Positions 14,024 to 33,453 are shown, numbered from the whole stretch's first letter. The stretch: 63,738 nucleotides of DNA, filler included, from Reclinomonas americana ATCC 50394 (GCA_048213135.1; 20 parts of 20 records of this genome joined end to end with filler, not necessarily neighbours in it); one strand, 5' to 3'. A program made the numbers and translations. Notes: a model not told the origin generated them from the sequence alone.

Positions 14024-17000
14024 TGTTGCCGGTCTCGCCATCGACCAAACCACGGGAACCATCTACGTCGCCGATGTGAGTGTGTGGTGCATGAATCACT
14101 CTTGATTGCCACACAGTCTGCTGACTCTGCCTTCGTGCGTCTTTCACACAGTTGATGAACCACGCTATTCGTACCGTCACCTCCGCGGCCGTGGTCACTA
14201 CGTTGGCGGGAAACGGAGCGTCGGGGAGTGCCAATGCCTCTGGCGCAGCAGCCTCCTTCAATCAGCCTGCGGCGGTGGCGGTGGATGCCACAAATCAAGT
14301 GGTGTATGTGGGTGACTGGCTCAACAACACTGTGCGGCGAGTGACCTATGCTGGTGCGGTGACGACCTTCTGCGGCTCGACAGGCATGAGTGGCACTGCC
14401 GATGGTGCGTGTGCGGGAACGGCACGATTCGGTGGTCCCAATGGCGTGCTTCTCGTTGGAACCACGCTGTATGTTGGTGAGCTCTGTGAGGAAGAGATGA
14501 TGCCTTCCTCCCATTCTCATCCTTCCATCCTGCTTGTGCATGTGCAGCCGATCGCGTGAACAACTCCATCCGAGCCATTGACACAGTGGCGATGACGGTG
14601 ACGACGGTGGCTGGTTCAACGAGCGGCACATCTGGATCCACGGATGCCACCGGTGAGTCCACCTTTGTGCAATCTGTGTGATTCTTTTCATTCATGCCGA
14701 AGGATGCCACCAGGAACGGCCGCGCGCTTCAACACGCCCGTGGGACTGGCATACGACGCAGGAAACAACGTCATCTACATTGCCGATGTTGAGTACCTCC
14801 GCACACTCTGAGCGTTTCGCTTCTTGATTCTCAATGCCTTGTGCTCGACGCAGTCCGTCAACAACACTGTGCGGCAACTCCGAGTGTCAGACTCGTCCGT
14901 GTCGACGATTGGCGGCGCGGCGGGTGTGAGCGGTTCAGCTGATGGCAGTGCTCTGACCGTGGCACGCTTCAACTCGCCTCTCCACCTCGCGTTCGATGCA
15001 TCGACGGCGTCCGTGTTGGTTGCCGACTTCAATAATCACACCATCCGTCGCCTCTCGCTGGCGTCGCAATCGGTGTCGGCCACACCGGCCTCCTCCACTG
15101 GCTCCCTCGCCATCTCCATCACCGCCTCACTCACTGGCTTGGCAAGCAACTGGACGTACAACTATCGCGCCGTCGGCGTCACCTCGACACCCAGCACCAT
15201 CAACGGCACTACTGTGTCATTCAGCACCACCACGAATGTGGCTCCAACCGACATTAGCTGCTCGTCGACGACATACGTGTCGCCATCTGTGGCGAATCAG
15301 GTCGCGTGTGCGCTCCAGACGACGGACGCGAATGCGGGCCAGTCATTCACGTACTCGATTGTCGGTGGCGCCAACAGCGCAGTGTTTTCGATCAGCGGGC
15401 AGTCGCTGGTGATTGTGGCGGCGGGGCAGACGGGCAGCTCGCTGGCGGTGACGATTCGGTCGACAGACAACGGATCGCCGGCGCTGTTCTTCGACAAGGC
15501 GTTCACCATCACCACGGGTGAGGCGATCGGAAGCAGTATGGTCTTGTGTGTCTCTGCTTCTGTCACTCTTCCGTTTTTGATTCTGTTTCTTCTTCCTCCT
15601 CCTCCGCCTCCTTTGCTTCCTTCCCTCATCTCGTGTTGAAATGTTCCTGAACCTTGTTTTTTTTTTTGCATCACAGCCACCCAATCGCTGGCCACGCTGG
15701 CGGCCAGCAGCGTGACGACGTCGTCGGCGACATTGAATGCCGTTGTGGGCAACTCTGTGGCGGCATCGACAATGACGAACTCATTTGAGTGGGCGCCGAC
15801 AATGGGTGCCTTCGGTATTACGCCGGCGGTGTCGACGTGGTTGGGCGTGGCGGGCGTAACTGGAACAACGGATGGCACGGGAAGTGGTGCGCTACTCAAC
15901 AAGCCGACGGTGAGCTGACTGCGGCGGTTGTTTCAGCGTGCACGTTTGTATCTCAATGCCATCTGTGCAGAGCATTGTATTTGACACTTCCGGCATTGCG
16001 TTCGTGTGCGATCAAACAAATCAGACGATTCGGCGAGTGACGAGTGGAGGTGTGACGTCGACGTTCCTGGGAACAGCAGGAGCAGCGGGCATTGTTGATG
16101 GAATCGGTTCGGCTGCGCGGTTTAACCAGCCCACTGGCTTATCGATCGACTTGTCGACAGGGTACCTGTACATTACTGATGTTGCGCGGCAGTGGTGCGA
16201 TAGGGTGCACCTCTAGTGTGCTTTTTCTCACTGGCGTGCTTTCCAGCAATTGAATCATGCAGTTCGCGTAAGTACTCCTTCCGGCTCTGTGTCAACTCTG
16301 GCTGGCAATGGGTCTTCTGGCACTGCGAATGGCACCGGAGCGAATGCGAGGTTCAACAAGCCACATGGTATTGTGGTTGATTCGTCCAATAGAGCGACGT
16401 ACGTGGGCGACTGGAATAACAATTCTGTCAGAAAGGTGTGTGCGTTTGTTGGTGCGCTGTTGGTGCCAGTGAACTCACAGCCTGGTCTTCTACCTTCGCA
16501 GATCACATTCGGTGGCGAAGTTACCACGTACTGTGGTACGATTGGCTCATCGGGCACAGTTGACGGCGCATGTGCAACGACAGCTCGGTTTGGTGGACCC
16601 AACGGCGTGGCTGTGGACACGACGGCCAATTGGCTGTATGTTGGTGCGTGCGTACGTTTGTGTTCTTGAGATGCGTGTCGTGTACTGAAGCCTTTGATGG
16701 GAGCAGCGGATCGCACTCGCTCCAACATCCGAGTAATTGACATGCTGGCGATGACGGTGTCGACGATTGCGGGCTCTATCACTGCTGTTGTAGGATCGAC
16801 AGATGCTACTGGCACTGCTGCTCTTTTCAACAAGCCAATTGGCATCCTGCTTGATCGAAATCGAGGCATTCTCTACGTTTCTGAAGTTGCGTCTCGAAAT
16901 TGGGCTTGTGTATCTTTGTTTTTCGTCCTCTAATGTCGTCTTTTCAAAGTTCATCAACAACACGATTCGCCAAATTGTTGTCAGCACGGGTGCTGTAACG

Positions 17001-20000
17001 ACCATTGCCGGCGCTGCTGGAGTTGCTGGTTCTGCGGATGGGAGCCCGCTCGCAACCGCACGATTGACTGGCCCGGTGTGCTCCGTCGTGCATTTGTCGC
17101 ATCTCCGATTGGAACATTGCCCCTGACCACTATGCCCTATGTCGACTGCAGCATTACTTTGCGTATGATGAATCCTCGTCCACTCTGCATGTCGCAGGTG
17201 CGAATCCTCCTGCAATGCGTGCAGTTACTTTACGTCTCCTACCTGAGCATGTTTCATAACAGACTACAATAACAACACCATCCGCCGGCTCACCATCGGT
17301 TCCACAACCATCTCGGCCACTCCGGCCACCTCTGGCGTCGCATCCAGCACCACCCTCACCGCATCACTGACATCACTTGCCGCCAACTGGACGTACTACT
17401 TTCGTGCCATCTCCACCTCCACTGTGCCGAGCACCCTCACCGGTTCCACCATGGCCTTCTCCACCTCCAACTCTACGCCGACTGACATCACGTGTTCTGC
17501 CACGTATGTCGCACCGTCGACGGCCAACATGCCCGTGTGTACGATGAGCAGCAGCGACAGCAACGGGAGTCAGTCTTACACGTACATCGTCACCGGAGGC
17601 GCGAACAGCAGCGTCTTCTCCCTCGGCGGCGGCGGCGCCCAGTTGCAGATCACGTCGGCGGGCCAGTCGAGCAGTCCATTGGCCGTCACGATTCGTTCGT
17701 TTGACAATGGTACGCCACCGATGTTCTTCGACAAGTCGTTCAGTGTGACGTCGGGTGAGTGGATGATTGATTAATTGTCATGATTGTGTGGATGCTGACC
17801 TTGGTCTTCCACAGTGAATAATGCACCGACAGCAGTAACGCTGAGTGCGACCACATACATCCCACCCAGCGCGGTGGGACAGGCGATCGCCACGATGAGC
17901 ACGAGTGATGTGGACTCGCAGCAGACGTTCACGTATTCGGTGGTGGGAGGTGCCAGCAGCGCATTGGTGACGATCGTGTCTGGCAACCAGCTGCAGTTTG
18001 TGAATGCAGGAGTGACGGCATCGTTGGTGGTGATTGTACGCACGACCGATAATGGCAATCCTGCCATGTCATTCGATCAGACGCTCAACATTGCTGGTTG
18101 CGTGCTGCACTGATTGTGTGTTGTTATGGACGATGATGCTCACCGTTTGACACGTGTGTGCAGTGCCCACTGTAACATCGCTGTCGGCCACCTTCGTGTC
18201 AGCACTGGCTGGCCAAGTTGTGACGCTGACGGGAACCGCGCTGGTGAACAACTCGGCCGACGCATCGGCGTATGTGGTGGCCACTCCCCTTTGTGGCGCC
18301 ACGACACCGCCGACAGCCGTGGCCAGCACCACCGTCAGCAGCGCATTCGGTAGTGCGACCAGCATCACGCTGACAATTGGAGCGGCGGGTGCAGCTGGTG
18401 GAACGTACGAGCTGTGCGCACGATGGACGCCTGCCAAGGGATATGTGGCGGTGTCGGCATTCGCGATTGGTGAGAAATGAGGGGAAGGGAGAGCGCAGGG
18501 AGCATTCTGCTGTTGTTTTCTTGTTTGCTTATATGTGGAGATCTAGAGCTGTGCTTCATTTCCTTCATGTTGCTCTTCTCTCTCTCTCTCTCTCTTCTCC
18601 CTCTCTGTGTATGTATGTCTGTGTGTTTGAAAGCACGCGTGTGTGTGAGTGTGTATGCGTGTGTCAACCAACTGAAACAAGTGTGCAGGGACTGTTGGCC
18701 CGAGCGACATTTTGCTGTCGGGACCGCAGACGTACTCGAGTGCGACGGTGCCATTTACTGTGGGCACACTGAGCATGGTGGATCTCAACACGGGACAGAC
18801 GCCGACATTCAGCATTGCGGGCGGTGTGCATGCGGCTCTATTTAGTCTCGTGGGTGGCAATCAGCTGACGATCTCGGTGGCTCCGCCACTGAGTCGGCGA
18901 CTGCAAGTGTTTGTGCAAGTGAGCGACGGCGTACTGACGTACACCAAGCAGTTCACGATTGTGTATGGTAAGTGGGTGGGGAAGGGAGGAGTCGGGAAGG
19001 GAGGTAGGAAAGATGAAGTGGAATAGTTAGGCGGTTGGCACTTCGCGTCCGAGTGCGTTTTGGTGCCGATCAGTGGACACAAGGGTCGCTCTGGGAGGGC
19101 AGCAGTTTTATGAGTTGGAGGTGGAGAATGCAGGGCCGAATTATCGGAGGTGGAGAAGAGTATTCGCTCGCGCATGTTGGTGGGTGAGCATTTAAATTGC
19201 TCGCTTGATACAAAATGCAGTTGAGAAAGAGATGCACGCTGCTTGTTATCGTCTTGCTTGCTCGCTACCTCCGATTGTCCTATTGCGCCCACAAAACTGC
19301 TGTTGTGGATCCACGTCTCCGCAGCGTTCTTTTGCTCGTTGTGCTCGTACTTTTTTACTGCGACTTGGAATTGTGCTGATAACGATGATTGGGTGCGTGT
19401 GCAGCATCGAATGCAGGTTGTTCCACGGTGCAGAGTGGAGTTGTGGCTCGTTGCGTTTATTTCTTACCGCATGCACCATCTTCTGCCGTCCCACTCTCTT
19501 TTGCACCGAGCAGCTGCGTTGGAAGTGTGCCAGTTCGAGGCAGTGGATCGACCAGGCGGCACGGTTATTGCTGTGGTGGGTTCTGCCTCTAGCGAGGTGG
19601 CATGCTGTGAAGCGTGCGATCGGAACTCCCAGTGCCGATCGTGGACTTTCCTGGATGCTGCGGCGGCGTCGAACACTTCTGGTGTGAATTTGTGTACCAT
19701 GAAGGCAAGTGATCATGGATATGAAGGGCGCGTGAGGTGACAAGCTCATCTACTCTTTGTGTGCAGAGCACTGTGCCGGCGACGGCAGCCAATGCAGAGA
19801 CCAGCAACGTGTGTGGCTCGCATTTCTGCTTGGTGTCAGGACGCAAGACGAGTGCGGCGGCGTACGACAGCAGCGGCTTTCAGACCGGCACGGGTGAGTG
19901 GCTGAGATGAGAGATGAGAGAGAATCATGACTGATGTGTTTTGCTTGTATGCAGATCGACCTGGTGGCGACCTCACGTGGGCCATCAAGACGACGACTGG

Positions 20001-20163
20001 AGCTCAAGCATGCTCGTTGTGGTGCTCGCAACTGACCGCATGCGGCTCGTGGACATTCACGGCGTCGACGAAGCAGTGTGTACCAAAGAGTGGCGTGGTG
20101 GCCTCGTCGACAATGACCGCATGTGCCACGAGCGGGGACTGCACGTCGGGGTTGAAGATTTAA
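14024..20163 (+). CDS. Large extracellular protein: 2x (FN3 with NHL propeller + cadherin-like), further cadherin-like, IPT/TIG-like and two PAN/apple domains; 5' end in gap
   Basis: NHL repeats (FNQP.G.A.D..YV.D..N..IR); FN3 halves TLAASSVTTSSATLNA..FEW and LTSLAANWTYYFRA; cadherin-like N.APTDI..TTDANAGQSFTYSIVGG..TIRSTDNGSP..FDKAFTI; PTVTSLS..GQVVTLTGT; PAN DRPGGDL..C..C..C.SWTF..C..K. More than 20 short introns; stop TAA 20161-20163. Confidence 0.85.
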
Positions 20164-20250
20164 AGTGAAAGGTCGTCCATGGTCGAAGAACTTCGATGCA
20201 CACATCGGTGTCTTGTTGTCCTCGCGATCGCGGGGAGCCGCATCTCTGCA

Positions 20251-26176
<5,926 letters not shown>

Positions 26177-26276
26177 NNNNNNNNNNNNNNNNNNNNNNNN
26201 NNNNNNNNNNNNNNNNNNNNTTAATTAATTAANNNNNNNNNNNNNNNNNNNNNNNNNNNNNNNNNNNNNNNNNNNN

Positions 26277-27635
26277 AATCGACATCCTCCTCAAAGACAT
26301 CATCGTCCAGCTGCGCGGCCGCGGTCTCCTTCTTCTCGTGCACCACAACATTCTCCTCGAATACAGGCACGGCAACAGGGGTCGGCTGATCTTCCAGCTC
26401 CTCGGGAATATCAAACACCACAGTCAGCGAGGTGGCCGTGGTCGACGTGCACGTCGAGTCCACATCTGCGCAGCAAGAGAAAAAATATCTGTGAAAACAA
26501 ACAGAGAAGAGCGAGAGTGCGGGAGGCGCACTCACCAACAGTTCCGAGCGGCTTCTCGCGCTTCGCGTTGACGTGGTCGCGGTGGCAGCGCTCGAGTGTC
26601 GCGCGCAACATCACGTCCTCCTCATCGTCGTCATCGTCGTCATCCACCGCGGCCACGGCCTCATCGTCGTCCTTGACGAGGAAACGGCCGTCGCCGGCGA
26701 GAGGACGAGTCGAGTCCATCGACATGCTGTCGTCCAAGTCGCGTTCTGACTTGCACGGCTCGTCGTCGCTGCCGTGCCCACTGGCGCCATCCAGTGGCGC
26801 CATGCTCAGAGCTCGGTTCAGCTTGGCATCAATGGCATTCAGTTGGTCCTCTGCACGCGCGCGCGGGGGAATCAGTTACATGTGCCCTGAAATAGACTTC
26901 CAACAGGGGAAACAGGAGAGAAAAAGTAACGAGGTGGGAGATCGAGGGGAGAAGCCAGTGGAACAACAATAATTAAAATGATACACCATCACAGCGACGA
27001 CGGGCGGCAACGGTGAATCAAGGAGAAGACCAAAAATAAACCGTGTTCGTTCCCCCGTCTCAACACCCCTCCTCCTCGTGCTCCCCACGCACACATACCC
27101 CACCAACTGTCTCTCACACACGCACGCCTCTGCTACCCCTCAGGACGGACGAAAGAGCGCGAAAACGAGAGAGGAGGAGAAAGACACAAATACTCACCAA
27201 CATCATCTTCCAGACGCGCGCCATCAGTCACGGTGACGCGCAAGCAGCGACGAGAGCCGTCCTCGACAAACACACGCGTGGCCTCGTCCCACTCCTCCTC
27301 AGCGTCCATCATAATCCACTCATCCTCATCTGGTTCACAATTGCAAGCACGAATAATGAGTGGGGGTGTTGATCCACCGATGACACGCAACGCGCACACG
27401 CACCATCAAGGTACGCCAGTGCAATGGCATGTGTGAGGCCAAACAGGCGCATACACCGCTGCTTGATGTCGTGCAGAGAATCGCGGCTTGCCACCGTGCA
27501 CCGGCGCAGCTGCTCGTGGTAGATGAGCTTGAGCGAGATTCGCGACGGGAAGCACGGGGCGGTATCGTCAACGTCGCCGTTGGCGGCAAGGCAGCGCACC
27601 CGCAGGCGCGTGGAGCAGCTGGCGGCGGTGGTCAT
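26277..27635 (-). CDS. PB1-domain protein with acidic low-complexity region; 3' end in gap
   Basis: ISLKLIYHEQLRRCTV..IALAYLD/DEDEWIMMDAEEEWDEA..LRVTV gives the PB1 basic Lys/Arg plus an acidic OPCA-like motif; phase-consistent GT-AG introns. Confidence 0.7.
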
Positions 27636-28001
27636 CGCGTGCAGAGTGGATGCGAAAGAAACGCAAAAGCTATTTTCGGCAGATATTTTGGGAAATTTGA
27701 GGTCGACTTGTGTATTATCAAGACGACGTCGAGGAAGGGCATGCGGGAGAGGGGAAAGTGGTGGGAAGGCACAGTAGGTGCAGCGATTGCGAGAGGAAGC
27801 AGAGGAATAAATACAAATGAGGGAGTTGTCGACGTCAATGTGAACGTCGACGTGCATTCGCAGAGCTCCTGGTGGCCTCTGCATGCTTGCACGAGCTACG
27901 AGGCAGTGTGTATGATCACTATCCGTGGCACACACGCCCTCCACCAGCGTCGATATTCGCCCTCGACGTCAAGGACCGCGCATTCCGTCTCTCTCTCGTG
28001 C

Positions 28002-28743
28002 ATGGAATCGCTTGCCCTCGGCTCCCTGTGCATCAAACTGCCCGCCCCTGCCGCCGACACACTGGTCACTGGCGGCGCAGACGAGTACGGTCTCTTTGTG
28101 TGGCCGTGCGCTGCAGTGCTCGCCGCTGTGGTCAGTGCCGTCGTCGGGCATGACTCATTGGTGCGCGGTCGACGCGTGTTGGAGCTCGGCTGTGGGTGCG
28201 GAGCGGTGGGCGTCGCGTGTGCCATGGCCGGTGCAGAGGAGGTGGTGTTGACTGATCGTGCCGACTTGCCGCATGGTGTGTCTCCCTGCTCTGCTCTCCA
28301 TCTCCACTCGCTCACTCTCCTGTGCAGTGCTGGAGCATGCACGATCGACATGCAGAGCGAATGGCGTGGAGCGTGTCTGTCGAGTGGAGGGCCTCACGTG
28401 GGGCGATGCAGAGCACGTGCAGCGTGTGGATGCGGACGTGGTGGTGGCCGCCGACACACTCTTCGACAAGTCCGTGTTTGAGGTGTTTGTGGCGACCGTG
28501 GAGGCACTGCTGCGGGGAAGGGGTGTCGCCGAGTGCTGGGTGACGTACCAGGAGCGCAGCGACACGCACACGCTCGATTTTCTGCTGGCCAAGTACGCTC
28601 TGCGTGTGGAGCGAGTCAGTGTGCGGAGGCGCGTGGGTGAAGCCATGTGGCGTGAGCTGGTGGCGTGGAGAGACGACGTGCGGCAGGTGCACTTGTTGCG
28701 CTTTGCGTTGGCGAAGGAGGAGGAGGAAGAAGGGAAAGAGTGA
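28002..28743 (+). CDS. METTL23: METTL23-like SAM-dependent protein methyltransferase (Methyltransf_16), intron 28276-28327
   Basis: YGLFVWPCAAVLA, VLELGCGCG, VVLTD, GLTWG, AADTLF, TYQERS..LL.K motifs. Confidence 0.8.
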
Positions 28744-29363
28744 CTGTGGCACAAGGGAGTCCAACCGCGACAGAAGCCTCGCTGTGGTGTGTTATCGTGG
28801 TGATTTGGTGGTGTCGTCAGCAGTCTCCTCACCGGATACGACAGGAAGCTCGGGTTTTGCTCCACAAGCGCGCTTCTATCAACCATGTCCGACGAGTGGC
28901 AAGGGCCTGCCGGTCGCGGAGTGCATGCACGTGTGGATCTACTGATCTGGCAGGTGGCACTGGTAGCGTGCAGCAACGAAGCAGTCAAGCACACGATCAA
29001 GCATACATCATGCAGCTGTTTTTGAAGACAATTGCATGCATGTCGACGTCGATATCGACATTGTCGCTGTGCAGTCTGCAGCATCGCTCCTGCTTCCTCT
29101 CCTGCCCCTCACCACACCAACACCAATAAACAATGGGCCTGTGCATTGTCGCGTTCTTGTCGCATATGGTCCGAATTCGAAGTCGACTCCGATCTGGACC
29201 CTCGTTGCTCACTGCCACTGCGCGCACACCAAATCCCTCTATTCCACCTCACACAGCATCACCCATCCATCGACCGTGCAAGCTTGCCAACGCCACGGTC
29301 AACTTCGACATCGACACGCCAATTGAACCCACCAATCACTTCGACGACGAGAGAGCAAAGGCA

Positions 29364-32300
29364 ATGTCGTCGTCGTCGACAGTGGTCACCGCTGTCGCCT
29401 CGGTCGACTCGAGTGGAGCCAGCTTCCTCGGCCTCGGCGTGCTGCTGGTCGTGGCGGCACTGCTGTGGTGGCTATGTGTGGGCTCGTCGCGTGGAGGCCG
29501 TGGAAGGTGTGTGTGACATGTGATCCACTTTCGACTCACCACCAAACACGCACGCACATGCACGCACGCACGCACGCACAGTGAGAGAGAGAGAGAGAGC
29601 GTTGTTGTCTGCGTTGGGCGGTCAAGGGAGGGAAGAGTGGGGCAGAGAGATTCGTGTGTGTGTGGTGTTTGCCTATGTAGACACTTCTCTTTGTCACGCG
29701 TCTGTGTCTGTGTCTCTCTGTGTTCGTCACAGTGAGGGTCTCGTTGAGTGTGTGTGGCGTGTATTGTTATTCGTGCGCGCGCGTTTCGTCGCGTTGTCAG
29801 ATCGTTCTCTCGCTTTCCCTCCCTTTCTCTCTCTCTCTTCACTCGCACACACGCCATTCGTTGCTGTTGTTGTTGTCAGTCCGTGGTGCATTTCGCTCAC
29901 CGCTTCCTGTGTGCAGTGTGCGCGTGGTCGACTTGTCAAAGACGCGCAGCAATCAAGCAACGGCAACATCTTCATCATCGTCGGTGGCGGCGACGACGAA
30001 CGGCCACGCGCCTGCTCTTGCGCCTCCCGCCTCATCCTCGTCGTTTGTGGGTGAGCGAGAGCGTGCGCAGTTGGATCGCGAGAATCGCTTGCGGCGATTG
30101 CATCGCAGCTCGTCGATGGTGTCGTCGTCTGGCGGCATGTCGAGTTCCATTCGATCGTCGGTGAGCGCCGAGCAGTTTGTGGATGTGCCGGCGCTGTATG
30201 AGCAGCGCCAGTCGGCGTCGGTGCTGTCGCAGCCGCCATCGCGGCCCGCCGATATGCGCATCTCGCCAGACTTTGTGGCGGCTGAGGAAATGGAGGATCA
30301 TCATCATCATCAGCAACAACAACTGCAGCAGCCGCTGCCGCCTTCATTACCGCACACGCCATTCCCGTCGAGTGAGCCGTCGCCGGCGGTGGCGCGTCGC
30401 TTGTTCACCACACCGACTCCGCCGCAAGTGGACTCGCCAATGACGATTGATGTCGCGCCTGCACCTCAACCAGCACCTCAGCCAGCACCACCGCCGACGA
30501 CAATGCAGCCGCCAGTGGCGCCAATACCCGTGACGTCGACTTCAGCTGCGCCACCGCCAGTCAGCGTGCGACGCAGTGTGGTGACGCAAGCGCGCCCTCG
30601 CGCACCGTCGTCGCCCAAGTCCACCGCCGCCGCACAACCGCCGCCACCTCCACCGCCGCCGCCGCCACCGCCACCACCGTCGTCGTCTTCTGACATGACC
30701 ATTGAGTCGTCGCCGGGGGCGGAGCTGCGGGAGGAAAACATGCCGTCGCCCGCCGTGTCGGCGCAGTCACCGACGCGCAGCATTCTGCGCAAAAAGCGCG
30801 CCGGCTCGCACGACGAGGTCGACGGCAGTCCTGGTACGAGTGGCAGCGGAGGGCCTGGCTCGCGGACGCGTAGCAANNNNNNNNNNNNNNNNNNNNNNNN
30901 NNNNNNNNNNNNNNNNNNNNTTAATTAATTAANNNNNNNNNNNNNNNNNNNNNNNNNNNNNNNNNNNNNNNNNNNNAATAAAAAAATGTTAGTGTGCTGA
31001 GAAGTGCGTGAGATGGAAGAGGGGAGGGGAGGAGTGACGGTGCTGACATGAGTGCGTTTGTTGCAGCTGGCGATGGTGGTGCGGCTGCGGCACCTGCTGC
31101 CCCGCGCTTTGGTATGTCGCGACCTGTCGCTCCGGCCACACCGGCGGCGACAGCGGCGGCGGCGGCGGATGATGACGAAGACGACGGCGATGTGCAACTG
31201 TTGCGTTTGGATGTCAGCGTTGTTTTATGATGGTTTGTGTGCTGACCGTTGCCTTCGCCCTTCTAGACCGTCGGCTGATGGGGAGTCGGCACAAAAACTG
31301 CCCTCTTTCAAGGCCGGCTTCGGTTTCAAACCACCCGCTGCAGCTGCAGCTGCGCCGCCACCACCACCTCCCGCCAGCGGTGACGGTGCGGGAGACGGGA
31401 GTGCTTCTGCTGCTGGTGCACCTGCTCCTGCGGCTGGTGGTTTCCGACCACCTGCTGCGGCGGCTGCCGGTGGTGGATTCAAGCCGCCAAGCGCCAGTCC
31501 GTTTGCCAGTGCCGGATTCAAGCCGCCAGCCGCGGCTGCCGCTCCTTCCAGCACACCGACACCCACACCCCTGCCGGGCGCAGCTGCCGCGGCGCCAGTG
31601 TTTGGTATCAAGCCGCCGGCAGCGGCGGCAGCAGCGGCACCGAACCCAGGTGGTGCTGGATTCATGCCGAAAGCGCCACAGCAGCAAGCACCAGCAGCAG
31701 CAGCTGCTGCTGGTGGAGCACCTGCTTTTGGCTTCAAGCCACCAGCGGCGGCGGCGGCGGCGGGTGGCGCGATGCCTGTCACGGCCACGGCTCCCGCCGC
31801 GGCACCAGTGGTTCCCATGGGTGGATTCCGTGCTCCTGGTGCGGGTCAACAACAACCGCAGCAGCAGCAACAGCAGCAACAACCCCAACAGCCTGGAAAT
31901 CCGTTTGGTGGATTCAAGCAGGCGCAAACGCGCTTGGCGCCACCAGCGCAAGTGCAGCAGCAAATGCAGCAGTACCAGCAACAGCAGGGTGAATTCGATT
32001 CCGAATCCATGATGGATGCAGCCGCACCACCGGCATTCAGCGGTGGAGCAGGCGCGGGAATGGGCATGGGCATGAGTATGGGTGGTGGCGGCGGCGGCAG
32101 CGCGGGAGCGAGTCCATTTGGCAACCCGTTCGGTGAGTCGTGTCTATGCGAGCATTGCCCTGCTGGCGTTTAGCTCACAGCGTGTGTGTGTGTGTAACTC
32201 GCAGCCAAGGGCCCGGCGCCTCAGGCTGCCGCACCACCGGCACGGTCGCCATTTGGTGGTGGCATGATGCAACAACAACAACAACAACAACAACACCAGC

Positions 32301-33025
32301 AGCCTCAACAACACCAGCAACAACAGCAGCAGCAGCAGCGGCAGCAGCGGCAGCTGATGCAGCGATCGCTGCCGACGAATCCGTTCTCTTCGCCGACGCC
32401 GAGTCCGTTTGGTGGCGGTGCATCCAGCGTGTCGCCGGGTCGATCGATGACCGGTGGTGGCATGGGTGGTGGTGGTGGCGCCAAGAATCCATTTGGTGCT
32501 CCCGCCGCAGCTCCGGCAGCGCCTGGCAATCCATTTGCTGGCGGTCGCGGTCACCAAGCGTCACCTGCACCCGCATTCGGCGCGCAGCAGCACCAGCAGC
32601 AATATCAGCAACATCAGCAACATCCGCAACATCAGCATCAGCAGCAGCAGCAGCAGCAGCGCGGAGCGGCGGCGGGGAATCCGTTCGGCGCACGAGCGCC
32701 TGCAGCACCCGCTGCGACCACCTTTGGTGGTGGTGGCGGCCGCCCTGTCGGTGCCGTGCAAGCGTCGAATCCGTTTGGTGCACCGCGCGGTGGTGGTGGT
32801 GGTGGTGGTGCGGCGGCGGTGGGAGGCGGAATGGGAATGGGCATGGGCATGGGAATGGGAATGGGTAGTGGTGGTGGCGGTGGTGGAGGAGGTGCTGGCT
32901 TTGGTGTATCTCTGCCAAATAATCCATTTGCGGGCGGCAATGCAGGCGGCGCCGGCGCGAGTGGTGCCGGTGCGCGCAATCTGTCGGCCGGCACGGCTCG
33001 TCCGGCTCGTCGGGCGAGGAGATGA
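29364..33025 (+). CDS. N-terminal TM helix + Pro/Ser-rich region + basic patch + FG/NPFG repeats + basic tail; POM121-like nucleoporin layout (join across linker 30877 inferred)
   Basis: Exon 1 FLGLGVLLVVAALLWWLCVG; intron 29507-29916 in frame; RSILRKKR; then GFGFKPP/GFRPP/AFGFKPP, ~8 NPF motifs and polyQ; ends GARNLSAGTARPARRARR*. Confidence 0.55.
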
Positions 33026-33453
33026 TGATCAACATAGACACAACTCAATGAATGAAAAAGATAAAAGAACGCAACAGGGATGGGGGGAGGGAAGGGAGGG
33101 AGGGAGGGAGAGTGAGAGAGAGAGAGAGAGAGCGCTCGCAGTTGTTGGCTTGTTAATCTGTCTCTTTCTGCATCTGTTTGACTCAGCACACGATTTCTCT
33201 GCGAAGCAGGGGGGAGATTGGTTTGTATCGGGAAGGGGCGTTGGGGAAGGTTGGTTTCATCAGTGTGGAGGTGAAAGTGGGAGATCGGGGTTTTCATCGG
33301 AGGGGAGGAGATGAGCAAGATTCACGGTGATGTGGGAGATTGGTTTCTTCGTCTTCACTTGTACAAATTCGCGTAGAGTGTGTGTGTGTGCGTGTGATAT
33401 GTCGAGGGCCACACAAGGATACAGCGATATGTTTGCCGTCTCGGGGGGTTCGT

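Noticed and set aside
27429..28001. N-terminal extensions of the METTL23 ORF and of the WD40 ORFs (for example from 48804, 50110, 56978, 58717, 59895)
   Set aside because: Antisense or UTR read-through from alternative start codons; paralogue alignment and motif position fix the downstream ATGs.
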